Shown: positions 10,397-20,769, numbered from the stretch's first letter. The stretch is 64,000 nucleotides of DNA from Myxococcales bacterium (GCA_036518615.1 DATDMU010000273.1:751-64750), one strand, 5' to 3'. Made by a program: numbers and translations. The notes: generated by a model from the letters alone, not told the origin.

Positions 10397-13300
10397 ATGC
10401 GACTGAGCAAACTTCGCCTTCCCGCGCTCTTCGCCGTCGCCGTCCTGCTGGACACGGCGGTCGACGCGCCGCGACCCGCCAGTGCAGACAGCCCGACCTG
10501 CAGCGCCGGCGCCTGTCTCGCCAACAGCGCCGTGGGCAACCGCGTGCAACCGACCTCGGTGACCGCCGACGACCGCGGCGACGTGACCTTCTTCGCCTCG
10601 CAGTCCGGCCAGCTCCCCAACATCGTCTTCGTGCTGGACAACTCCACCTCGATGTACGAGCTGCCCTACAACGTGGCCGCGTTCCCCAACTCTTCCTGGG
10701 TGACCCAGGCCACCCTCAATTCCTCGGGCACCGCCGCCTTCCCGGGCGGCTCGCCGGCCGGCGCCACGCCGAACGGCTGCGGCACCTACACCAACCCCGC
10801 CACCTGCACCAGCATCGCCTTCTCCGACACGGTCAAGAGCTGCGGCGGGAACGGCTTCCTCTCCACGCTGAAGGACGCGAGCGGCAACCCCTACAGCAAG
10901 TCCACCACCTATCCGGTGCCGGACTCGGCCTTCAGCACCTACTTCGCCAGCAACAACGTCTACAAGTTCGTGGAATGGAACACGACCAGCCCCGGCGGCG
11001 TGGCGAACGGCAATCCCATCACCTTCACGCCGAGCGGCAACGCCGCGCTCAAGGGCACCGTCAGCGCCGCGTCGGGCGCCTGCGCCAGGTTCCCCACCAC
11101 CACCACCGCCAGCGGCGGATCCTCGGTCGGCGGCAACGCCTGGAGCCTGAACCAGCAGCAGCGCTGCCAGATGTGCCTGGACGAGGTGGGCTACTACGTC
11201 GCGCCCGGCTCCAGCTCCACCGACCAGGCCACCGGCAACATCCTCTTCAAGGGCAACTTCCTCAATTTCTTCCCGCCCAAGTTCATCGTCGCCCGCAAGG
11301 TCCTGACCGACTTCATCAGCCGCCAGTCGACCACCGCCACGCCGGTGCGCATCGGCGTGGTGAGCTACGATCCCAGCAACGCCAGCTCCATCGACGTCCC
11401 CGCGGTCACCACCGGCTTCACCAACCGCCACGACGGCGGCTCCTTCATCTCCGCCGGGATGGTCCCGGACTGCAGCGTCACCACCTGGACGAGCGCCGCC
11501 ACCCAGACGCAGCAGAGCTCGCTCATCACCGCCGTGCGCGGCATCAGCTTCGGCAGCCTGTCCAATGGCATCGGCACGCCGCTGGCGGAGACCCTCTTCA
11601 ACGTGGGCCAGTTCTTCACCGGCGACGACAAGCTCTACAAGACGGCCTTTACCTCCTCTTCGAGCACCATCTGGCTGAAGCCGGGCTTCACCGCGCCGAC
11701 CGGGGCCAACAAGCCGCTCTGCGTCTCCTGCCAGGTCAACAGCATCGTGCTGATCACCGACGGCGAGCCGCTGGGCGACAACAACCTGCCCCAGCAGTTC
11801 CGCAACAACACCATCCAGTGCCCGCACACCACCGGCGCGGATCCCTGCGGCGTCGACCAGCAGAACGGCACCGCCAACACCCTCGACGACGTCACCAACT
11901 TCCTCGCCACCACCGACCTGAGCCCGGACGCGACCGGCGGCCTCACCGGAAAGCAGAACGTCGTCACCTACGTCATCGGCATGGGCCTCAAGGTGCCGCT
12001 GCTCGACAACGCCGCCAAGTACGGCAAGACCACCTCGGCCATGCGCGCCGACAACGCCCAGGATCTGCAGGACGAGATCAGCAGCGCCGTGGTCAACGTG
12101 GTGGCGCGCGCGACCGCGTTCTCCTCCACCGCCATCCAGACCCTCCAGGTCGGAACCGGCTCCACCGCCTTCGTTCCCCGCTTCATCCCGGGCTCGCCCC
12201 GCGACCCGATCTGGGAAGGCCACCTCTTCCGTTTCGACCTGTTCGTCGAATTCGCCAAGGGCGTGGACAAGAACGGCGACGGCAACCTCAACGGCGCGTT
12301 CCTGGTGGACAAGGACGGCGACATCGTCACCGAGGACGACCAGGGAGCGTTCCACAAGCTGATCGGCGGCCAGCCCGGCGCGCCTGCGATTCCGCTCTGG
12401 GATGCCGGCGACGACTGCGGCTCGGGCCCCAACTGCAAGCTGACTGCACAGCAGTCTGCGGGAATGCACCACCTCAACGAGCCAGGCTCGGCCGCCAATC
12501 GCACCATCTACACCGCCCTCTCCTCGAACGGCGGGTGGAGGACGCTGGCGCTGCCCAACTGGGACGGCACCGGCACGCCGCCGGCGGACTTCGTCAGCGT
12601 GGAGAACGCCCTCGCCACCGACGGGACCACCGCCTGCGCCGGCATCAAGGCGGCGATGGCGACGCCCATCCCCGCCGCCTACCTGAACTCCAGCGGCGTC
12701 TTCGACAAGGATCACTGCGCCAAGGCCATCCTCGACTACGTGCGCGGCTTCAACGTCATGAACGAGCTGACCACCACGACGTCGGTGACCGTCAACCGCC
12801 CTCGGGTTCTGGGCGACATCTTCCACTCCTCGCCGGTGGTGGTGGATCCGCCCGTCGACTACTTCCTCTGCAACCTCTCGCTGCACAACCAGTGCCTCTA
12901 CACGCTCTACGGGGACGACGTCTCGCAACATGTCCCCAGCAGCCTCGCGAATCCGACGCCCAGCGACAGTTACACGGTGGGGACGCGGACCATCACCGCG
13001 TACGAGAAGTACTGGGAGGACCACGAGACCCGGCAGCGCATCGTGCTGGTCGGCGCCAACGACGGGATGATCCACGCGCTGGACGCAGGGACCGCCAACC
13101 TTCCCCTGCCCGCGAACGTCCCCGGCACCTTCCGCCAGGTCTCGTACAACTCGGGCACCGGGAACGAGCTCTGGGCATTCATTCCGCCCGACCAGCTTCC
13201 CCGCCTCTGGCTGATGATGCGCGACGGCCACCAGATGTACATGGACGGCGACATCATGGTCCGCGACGTCTGGGTGGACGGCGCCCCCAACGACAAGGGC

Positions 13301-15106
13301 ACTGCCTCCTACGTCAACAAGCCGCTGGTGAAGCAGGACGCGGAGTTCCACACCGTCGCGGTGGCCGCCGAGCGCCAGGGCGGCAGCCACTTCGTCGCGC
13401 TGGACGTGACCGACACCACCACGCCCAAGATGCTCTGGCTCTACCCCCCGCCCTGCAGCAACGAGGAAGCCCTCTGGGGCCAGACCTGGGGCCAGTTCTC
13501 TCCCAAGCCGCCGCCCATCGGTCCGGTGCTGCTCGAGACCTCCAACACGGCAGGCCTGCCCAACCGCGGCGTGGCCCATACCGAAGAGCGCTGGGCGGTG
13601 TTCCTCAACGGCGGACACAGCCCGTACATGACCCGCGGGAGGATCGCCTCGCTCCTCGACGTCTGGACCGGCACCCCCCTCTTCGTCGCCAAATACAATC
13701 CCGCCGCGGCGGACCCCAACGACCCGGCCAAGGCGATGCGGTTCGGCTTCGCCGCCACCCCGGCGCTGGCGGACTACTCCACCAACCTGAACACGGATCC
13801 GCTGGACGGCATCTTCGACACCGGCGTGATCGGCGACGAAGGCGGGCAGCTCTGGACGTTCCGCCTCGACAAGCCCGGACACATCAACAGCACCACCAAC
13901 CTGGTCGACAACTGGAGCTTCGGGCGCGCCTACGAACCCAACAAGGCCAGCCCCGACGATCCCCGTTACCACCAGCCCATCTTCACGCTCGCCTCGCTGA
14001 TCTCCCAGTACGACAGCGCGAATTCGCTTCGCGCCTACGTCGGGACCGGCGACAGGTCGCACGTGCGCTCGCAGAACGGAGGCGATTGCCGCCCGGACGA
14101 TCCGATGTCCTGCATCGCGGCGGGCTGCACGGTCAGCAGCTCGCTGACGCTGGACAACGCGGCCAGCCATTACGTGAGCGTCTTCGGGAGCGCGGCCGGG
14201 AGCACCTCGGGATCGCCGGCGATCTCCTCGCCCACCTCGGCGCTGACCACCGTCTCCACGAACTCCTGCAACCAGTCGTCGGTGAGCCAGACGGTGACGG
14301 TCTCCGCCTGTCCCACGACCGCGATGAATTTCAACGACACGAGCCTCACCTTCTCGTGCGCGGGATCGCCGCTCGCCTGCACCGACGGCGCCTTCCCCCT
14401 GCCGACGCCCAGCACCAACCGGAACGCGCCCACGGCGCCGCCCAATTCGTTCTTCTCGGTCGAGATCATCTCTCCCGATCTCACCCCGGCGCGCCTGATG
14501 GATGCGCCCTCGCCCTGCACCCCGGCTTCGTCCTGCCACGACGCCTTCGCCTACGATCAGAATCGCCTGACCGCGAGCGATCTGCACGACGTCTCGAACG
14601 TCACCGCCGACGTGAACGGCACCGTCACCACCGGTACCGCCGCCGATCCGTTCGGGCCCGGCTGGATCGTCAAGTTCGCCACGCCGGACGAGAAGAACGT
14701 CACCAGCACCACCATCCTCAGCGGCTGCGCGCTCTTCAACACCCTGATCCCGAATGGAGGAACGGTCGGCTGCGCCTCCGCCGGAGCGAACAAGGCGAGG
14801 ACGTACCAGGCCAACATCTTCACCGGGGTTCCCAACTGCGCCTCGCAGTTCCTCCAGACCAACGGCTACGCGCAGTACCTGGAGCACGACGTCCTCTCGC
14901 CTCCGCCCGAACCCGCCGCCGCGGTCTCCATCGGCGCCGGCGGAACGTCCGTGCGCCTCTCCATGATGGAGATCCAGCCGGGCAAGAACGAGGTCACGCA
15001 GACCACGGTCACGACCAACAACGAGATGCTCAAGGTCATCTACTCGCTGCCGCTCACCGTCGACCAGCACGTCTGCAGGCACGTCGACCCGCTCAAGTGC
15101 CAGTAG
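10397..15106 (+). CDS. pilY1: PilY1-like type IV pilus tip adhesin with an N-terminal vWA domain (1569 aa)
   Basis: Signal peptide MRLSKLRLPALFAVAVLL, vWA MIDAS motif VFVLDNSTSM, EF-hand-like DKNGDGNLNG, and the PilY1 beta-propeller hallmark RIVLVGANDGMIHALDAGT. The start was trimmed to the ATG at 10397 inside ORF 9884..15106. Confidence 0.85.
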   Translation: MRLSKLRLPALFAVAVLLDTAVDAPRPASADSPTCSAGACLANSAVGNRVQPTSVTADDRGDVTFFASQSGQLPNIVFVLDNSTSMYELPYNVAAFPNSSWVTQATLNSSGTAAFPGGSPAGATPNGCGTYTNPATCTSIAFSDTVKSCGGNGFLSTLKDASGNPYSKSTTYPVPDSAFSTYFASNNVYKFVEWNTTSPGGVANGNPITFTPSGNAALKGTVSAASGACARFPTTTTASGGSSVGGNAWSLNQQQRCQMCLDEVGYYVAPGSSSTDQATGNILFKGNFLNFFPPKFIVARKVLTDFISRQSTTATPVRIGVVSYDPSNASSIDVPAVTTGFTNRHDGGSFISAGMVPDCSVTTWTSAATQTQQSSLITAVRGISFGSLSNGIGTPLAETLFNVGQFFTGDDKLYKTAFTSSSSTIWLKPGFTAPTGANKPLCVSCQVNSIVLITDGEPLGDNNLPQQFRNNTIQCPHTTGADPCGVDQQNGTANTLDDVTNFLATTDLSPDATGGLTGKQNVVTYVIGMGLKVPLLDNAAKYGKTTSAMRADNAQDLQDEISSAVVNVVARATAFSSTAIQTLQVGTGSTAFVPRFIPGSPRDPIWEGHLFRFDLFVEFAKGVDKNGDGNLNGAFLVDKDGDIVTEDDQGAFHKLIGGQPGAPAIPLWDAGDDCGSGPNCKLTAQQSAGMHHLNEPGSAANRTIYTALSSNGGWRTLALPNWDGTGTPPADFVSVENALATDGTTACAGIKAAMATPIPAAYLNSSGVFDKDHCAKAILDYVRGFNVMNELTTTTSVTVNRPRVLGDIFHSSPVVVDPPVDYFLCNLSLHNQCLYTLYGDDVSQHVPSSLANPTPSDSYTVGTRTITAYEKYWEDHETRQRIVLVGANDGMIHALDAGTANLPLPANVPGTFRQVSYNSGTGNELWAFIPPDQLPRLWLMMRDGHQMYMDGDIMVRDVWVDGAPNDKGTASYVNKPLVKQDAEFHTVAVAAERQGGSHFVALDVTDTTTPKMLWLYPPPCSNEEALWGQTWGQFSPKPPPIGPVLLETSNTAGLPNRGVAHTEERWAVFLNGGHSPYMTRGRIASLLDVWTGTPLFVAKYNPAAADPNDPAKAMRFGFAATPALADYSTNLNTDPLDGIFDTGVIGDEGGQLWTFRLDKPGHINSTTNLVDNWSFGRAYEPNKASPDDPRYHQPIFTLASLISQYDSANSLRAYVGTGDRSHVRSQNGGDCRPDDPMSCIAAGCTVSSSLTLDNAASHYVSVFGSAAGSTSGSPAISSPTSALTTVSTNSCNQSSVSQTVTVSACPTTAMNFNDTSLTFSCAGSPLACTDGAFPLPTPSTNRNAPTAPPNSFFSVEIISPDLTPARLMDAPSPCTPASSCHDAFAYDQNRLTASDLHDVSNVTADVNGTVTTGTAADPFGPGWIVKFATPDEKNVTSTTILSGCALFNTLIPNGGTVGCASAGANKARTYQANIFTGVPNCASQFLQTNGYAQYLEHDVLSPPPEPAAAVSIGAGGTSVRLSMMEIQPGKNEVTQTTVTTNNEMLKVIYSLPLTVDQHVCRHVDPLKCQ

Positions 15107-15108
15107 GC

Positions 15109-15216
15109 GCCGCGGCACCGCCGGCACAGCGCGCGCGACCCCGCGCGCAGCCAGGCCGACGCGGTGCGCGGACTGCCGCGGCACCGCCGGCACAGCGCGC
15201 GCGACCCCGCGCGCAG

Positions 15217-15217
<1 letters not shown>
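15109..15217. repeat. Two identical 43-bp direct repeats (15109-15151 and 15175-15217), each containing a GC hairpin
   Basis: GCCGCGGCACCGCCGGCACAGCGCGCGCGACCCCGCGCGCAGC occurs twice, 66 bp apart, between the convergent pilY1 and DUF1015 genes. Each copy holds a 7-bp stem (GCGCGCG/CGCGCGC) with an ACCC loop. The second copy runs up to and overlaps the first base of the stop codon (15217-15219) of the minus-strand gene. Confidence 0.9.
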
Positions 15218-16484
<1,267 letters not shown>

Positions 16485-16488
<4 letters not shown>

Positions 16489-17840
16489 GCGGAAACCTCC
16501 GGCAGGTTGGCCATGGACCGCTCCACCGCCTCGCGCGGGTACTCGAAGTCCTCCAGCCTGCCGGCGAAGTACTGGTCGTAGGCGGCGAGGTCGAAGTGGC
16601 CGTGCCCGGAGAGGTTGAAGAGGATGACCCGCGTCTTCCCCTCCTCGTCCGCCTTCTTCGCCTCGTCGATGGCGGCGCGGATGGCGTGCGAGCTCTCCGG
16701 CGCGGGGATGATGCCCTCGCTGCGGGCGAAGGTCACCGCCGCCTCGAAGCAGGCGCGCTGCGGCCACGCCGCCGCCTCGATCAGCCCGTCCTCGAGCAGC
16801 CGCGAGACCAGCGGCGCAGCGCCGTGGTAGCGCAGCCCGCCGGCGTGGATTCCCGGCGGCATGAAGTCGTGCCCGAGCGTGTGCATCTTCACGATGGGGG
16901 TCAGGCCCACCGTGTCGCCGTAGTCGAAGGCATAGGCGCCCTTGGTGAGCGACGGGCAGCTGGACGGCTCCGCCGCCAGCAGCCGCACCTCTTTGCCGTT
17001 GATCTTGTCGCGCGCGAAGGGCAGCGCGATGCCGGAGAAGTTGCTGCCCCCGCCGTGGCAGGCGATCACCACGTCGGGATATTCGCCGGCGAGCTTCATC
17101 TGCTCCTGCGCCTCGAGGCCGATGACGGTCTGGTGCATGCAGACGTGGTTCAGCACCGACCCGAGCGAATATTTGGTGTCGTCGTGGGTGGCGGCGTCCT
17201 CCACCGCCTCGGAGATGGCGATGCCCAGCGACCCGTTGCTGCGCGGGTCCTTCGCCAGGATGCTTCTCCCCGCGTTGGTCAGGTCGGTGGGCGAGGCGAA
17301 GACCTTCGCGCCCCAGGTCTGCATCATCGAGCGGCGGTACGGCTTCTGCTCGTAGCTGATGCGGACCATGTAGACGGTGACTTCCAGCCCGAAGAGCTGG
17401 CCGGCGAAGGCGAGCGAGCTGCCCCACTGCCCCGCCCCGGTCTCGGTGGCGAGCCGCTTCACCCCTTCTTTCGCGTTGTAGTACGCCTGCGCCACCGCCG
17501 TGTTCGGCTTGTGGCTGCCCGCGGGCGAGACGCCCTCGTACTTGTAGTAGACGTGCGAGCGGGTGCCGATGGCGCGCTCCAGCCGCTCGGCGCGGTAGAG
17601 CGGCGACGGGCGCCAGAGCAGCATCGCGCTGCGCACCTCGTCGGGAATGGGCACCTCGCGCCGGGTGCTCATCTCCTGCTCGATGATGGCCATGGGAAAG
17701 AGCGGCGCCAGATCCTGCGGCGTGACCGGCTTCTTCGTCTGCGGATGCAGCACCGGCGCGGGCGGCGACTTCAGATCGGCAAGGATGTTGTACCAGTGGC
17801 GGGGCAGCTGGTCCTCGCGGAGCAGGTACTTCGTCGGCAT
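16485..17840 (-). CDS. TrpB-like pyridoxal-phosphate-dependent enzyme (tryptophan synthase beta chain-like, TrpB2 type)
   Basis: [23 protein letters not shown]..., PLP-lysine region [24 protein letters not shown], and GGGSNFSG. The start was trimmed to the ATG at 17840. Confidence 0.9.
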
Positions 17841-17973
17841 GGCGAGCCTCCGGAAAGGAGGCGCCAATTAGTGCTCCGGCGCCGCGCGGGAATCAACCCC
17901 GATGCGGCGCGGCTGGAAACGGAGCGCCCGCTCGGTGTAAGCCTCGGGGCTCACATCCCGAGGGGGTTTCACC

Positions 17974-19443
17974 ATGAAGCTGATGCCGATGGTGCTTGCA
18001 GCAACCCTGGTCACGCCTGCGCTGGCGGCGCCGGTGGCGAAGGATCCGACCTGGTGGGACAAGTACCAGACCATCCTCAACAGCGGCGCCGATCCGCTGG
18101 TCACCGCGACGTCCTCTTCCACCGCCACCAACGTGGACGTCTCCAACGAGTGCGGTCCGCAGAGCGAGACCTTCATCGCCATCAACCCGTCCAGGCCCCG
18201 GCAGCTCGCCGCCGGCTCGAACGAGATCTTCCGCCTGCCCATGCGCGGCTACTTCTCCACCGACAACGGCGCCTCCTGGGGCGGCGTGGACCTGCCGCTT
18301 CCCGACGCCATCGGCGCCAACGGCATCCGCTTCGGCTCCGATCCCACGCTCGCCTTCGACAGCTCCGGCAACCTCTTCTACGGCTACATCGTGGTCTTCT
18401 TCGGCGCCGGCAACGGCATCAACGGCACCGAGATGGCGGTCGCGCGCTCCACCGACGGCGGCAAGACGTATCCGCAAGCAACCTTCTTCGCCTTCAACGG
18501 CGGCAGCGATCACTTCAACGACAAGCCGATGATCACCGCCGACACCAGCGCCGCCAGCCCCTTCAGGGACAGCGTCTACGTGGCCTGGGACGCGGCCAGC
18601 GGCGGCTCGGCCACCGGCGGCGGCATCCGCGTGGCGCGCTCCACCGACCACGGCAAGACCTTCAGCGTGACCCGCGCCGACGATCCGTCGGGACCGGGCC
18701 GGTCCATCGGCGCCACCGTCACCACCGGACCGCAAGGGCAGGTCTACGTCGCCTGGAACGACTTCGCGGCCAACGCCATCGTCTTCAACTCCTCGCTGGA
18801 CGGCGGCGCCACCTGGGGCACGCCGCACGCCATCGCGCAGAAGACGGTGGCTTTCGACATCGGCATTCCCGCGGAGTCGTTCCGGCGCGCGCTGGTCTAT
18901 CCCGCCTGCGCCGCGGACATCTCCTCGGGCGCCCACCGCGGCCGCATCTCCTGCTCGTGGACCGACGTGAACGCCGCCGGCAATCTCGACGTGCTGGGAA
19001 GCGTCTCCGACGACGGCGGCGGGACGTGGAGTCCGCCCGCGCCGGTCGCGGAGCGGCTGGGCAACGTGGACCGCTTCAACCAGTGGCTCGCGGCCGACCC
19101 GGTCACCGGCCAGGTGGCCGTCTCCTTCTACGACACGCGCAACGACACCACCGGCCAGCGCTTCATGACCGACGTCTACCTCTCCCGCGGCGACGGCCTG
19201 TCTTTTGGCCCCAGCGCGCGGGTCAGCGACGTCAGCTCCAACGAGCACGACTGCAACGGCCTCTTCCCCTGCCCGAGCATCAACTATGGCAACCAGCAGG
19301 GCGACTACGAAGGCGTCGCGGCGTACGGCGGCACCGTCCACGCCATCTGGACGGACAGCCGGCGCAACCAGGAGCAGCAGACCGCCTCGTGCGGCCGCGG
19401 CCGCGGCATCATGGAGGAGGTCTTCACCGCCACGGTGAAGTAG
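17974..19443 (+). CDS. Secreted BNR/Asp-box repeat beta-propeller protein (sialidase/glycosidase-like)
   Basis: Signal peptide MKLMPMVLAATLVTPALAAP and five Asp-box motifs (STDNGASW, STDGGKTY, STDHGKTF, SLDGGATW, SDDGGGTW). Confidence 0.85.
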   Translation: MKLMPMVLAATLVTPALAAPVAKDPTWWDKYQTILNSGADPLVTATSSSTATNVDVSNECGPQSETFIAINPSRPRQLAAGSNEIFRLPMRGYFSTDNGASWGGVDLPLPDAIGANGIRFGSDPTLAFDSSGNLFYGYIVVFFGAGNGINGTEMAVARSTDGGKTYPQATFFAFNGGSDHFNDKPMITADTSAASPFRDSVYVAWDAASGGSATGGGIRVARSTDHGKTFSVTRADDPSGPGRSIGATVTTGPQGQVYVAWNDFAANAIVFNSSLDGGATWGTPHAIAQKTVAFDIGIPAESFRRALVYPACAADISSGAHRGRISCSWTDVNAAGNLDVLGSVSDDGGGTWSPPAPVAERLGNVDRFNQWLAADPVTGQVAVSFYDTRNDTTGQRFMTDVYLSRGDGLSFGPSARVSDVSSNEHDCNGLFPCPSINYGNQQGDYEGVAAYGGTVHAIWTDSRRNQEQQTASCGRGRGIMEEVFTATVK

Positions 19444-19570
19444 CGGCTGCTTCGTCGGAGTCCGGCAGTTCAGGCGCCGACGCTCGCATGTCGTTCTTCG
19501 CTCGCGTCCGGAGGGTCCGCGGTGTAGATGCATGCTGCGCCGCGAGACCCCGGGCGCGAACGGAGACGAA

Positions 19571-20080
19571 ATGGCACAGCCGAACAGGCCGGTCTACCGC
19601 TTGCAGGTCGGCGAGGAAGCGCCCGACTTCGAGCTGGAGGCGACGGGCGACACCGCCGGCAAGGGCGGGCCGCGCAAGAAGATCCACCTCAGCGACTACC
19701 GCGGAAAGAAGAACGTGGTGGTCGCGTTCTACCCGGCGGCGTTCACGCCGGTTTGAACGGTGCAGATGCCCTCGTACGAGGAGGATCTCTCCGAGTTCGA
19801 GCGGCGCAATGCCCAGGTCCTGGGCATCTCGGTCGACCAGGTGTTCAGCAACGAGGCATGGGCCAAGTCCATGGGCGGGCTTTCGTATCCGCTCTGCAGC
19901 GACAACTGGCCCTACGGCTACGCCGCCACCCGCTACGGCGTGCTGCGCGGCGAAGGGCGCACGGAGCGCGCCATCTTCGTCGTCGACAAGGCCGGCATCG
20001 TCCGCTACATCGACATCCACGCCATCGGCGAGCAGCCGCCCACCGACAAGATCATGGAAGCGCTGGACAAGCTGAGGTGA
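19571..20080 (+). CDS. Peroxiredoxin (AhpC/TSA-BCP type) with an in-frame TGA (19754-19756) at the peroxidatic Cys position; predicted selenocysteine-containing peroxiredoxin
   Basis: ORFs 19532..19756 and 19760..20080 are in the same frame and separated only by TGA-ACG. Joined, they read ...KKNVVVAFYPAAFTPV-U-TVQMPSYEEDL..., so the TGA falls where peroxiredoxins have FTPxC. GGAGA lies upstream of the ATG at 19571. A hairpin follows the TGA. Confidence 0.75.
19765..19787 (+). promoter_or_regulatory. Candidate SECIS (selenocysteine insertion sequence)-like hairpin downstream of the peroxiredoxin TGA
   Basis: GATGCCCTCGTACGAGGAGGATC folds as a 3-bp lower stem, a G.G mismatch, a C-G pair, a bulged A and a 4-bp upper stem (CCTC/GAGG) with a GUAC tetraloop. 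The upper stem starts 13 nt after the UGA. Confidence 0.4.
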
Positions 20081-20085
20081 GCGGA

Positions 20086-20769
20086 GTGGAGAAGCCGCTG
20101 GAGCTGTCGCGGTACTGCGTCCCCTTCACGCCGTTCGGCAAGCGGCTGGAGGAGTCGCTCATCTGCCTCGTGAGCACTGCCGGAGTGCGGGCGAAGAGCG
20201 ACAAGCCGTTCGACGTGGAGGGCGACGCGAGCTTCCGCCGCATCGATTCCAGCCTGTCGGCGGCGGATCTGGCCGTGGACGACGTCCACTACGATCACGG
20301 CTGCATCGACAAGGACGTGAACTGCGTCTTTCCGGTGGACCGGCTTGCGGCGCTGGCCCGCGAAGGACGCATCGCAGGGACGGCGCCGGAGCACTTCGCC
20401 ATGGGCTTCTCGCAGGCCCTGCGCGATCTGCGCGAGACCACGATCCCGCAGATCGCGCGGGCGGTCTCCGCGGCGCGGCCCGACGCGGTGCTGCTCACCG
20501 GCGGCTGACGCCTCTGCCACCGCACCGTGGTCACGGTGCAGAGGGCCATCGAGATGCTGGGCATTCCCACCGTCCTCATCACGGTGGAGCCGGAGGAGAG
20601 CGCGCAGGCCCGCCCGCCGCGCGCGCTCTGCCCCACGGGCTTCGTCGCGGGCCACTCGCTCGGACGCCCCAACGACGAGGCGCTGCAGAAGTGGATCGTC
20701 TCCGACGCGCTCGGTCTCCTGCTTGCGCCGCCCCGGCCTGGCGAAGTGATCCGCCGCGACTTTGCGTGA
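20086..20769 (+). CDS. Selenoprotein B family (glycine/sarcosine/betaine/D-proline reductase GrdB/PrdB-like) protein with an in-frame TGA (20506-20508) in a U-x-x-C motif
   Basis: The tail of ORF 19528..20508 and ORF 20527..20769 share one frame. Joined, they read ...RPDAVLLTGG-U-RLC-HRTVVTVQRAIEMLGIPTVLITV. This parallels the GrdB motif as I recall it (..T-U-G-T-C-T-R-C......E..GIP.V). The N-terminal part (VPFTPFGK..., LVSTAGV..., GDASFRRI, VHYDHG, DVNCVFPVDRLAALAREGRI) also fits the family. The GTG start at 20086 lies 5 nt after the peroxiredoxin stop. Confidence 0.75.
20523..20538 (+). promoter_or_regulatory. Candidate SECIS-like hairpin downstream of the GrdB-like TGA
   Basis: CACCG-TGGTCA-CGGTG is a 5-bp stem with a 6-nt loop containing GGUC. 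It starts 14 nt after the UGA. This spacing and the G-U loop resemble bacterial SECIS elements. Confidence 0.5.

Noticed and set aside
19754-20508. The two in-frame TGA codons (19754-19756 and 20506-20508) as inactivating mutations, meaning pseudogenes.
   Set aside because: - Each gene has exactly one stop, and each falls at the redox-active Cys position of its family.
- Coding-like composition continues in frame after each stop.
- Each stop is followed by a hairpin at SECIS-like distance.
- Pseudogenisation cannot be fully excluded without knowing whether the genome encodes the Sec machinery.
20086-20769. The GrdB-like gene as evidence for a Stickland-type glycine/betaine/proline reductase operon.
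   Set aside because: - No grdA, grdC/D/E, prdA or thioredoxin-system genes are adjacent.
- The protein (227 aa) is much shorter than catalytic GrdB.
- The neighbours are a peroxiredoxin and polysaccharide export genes.
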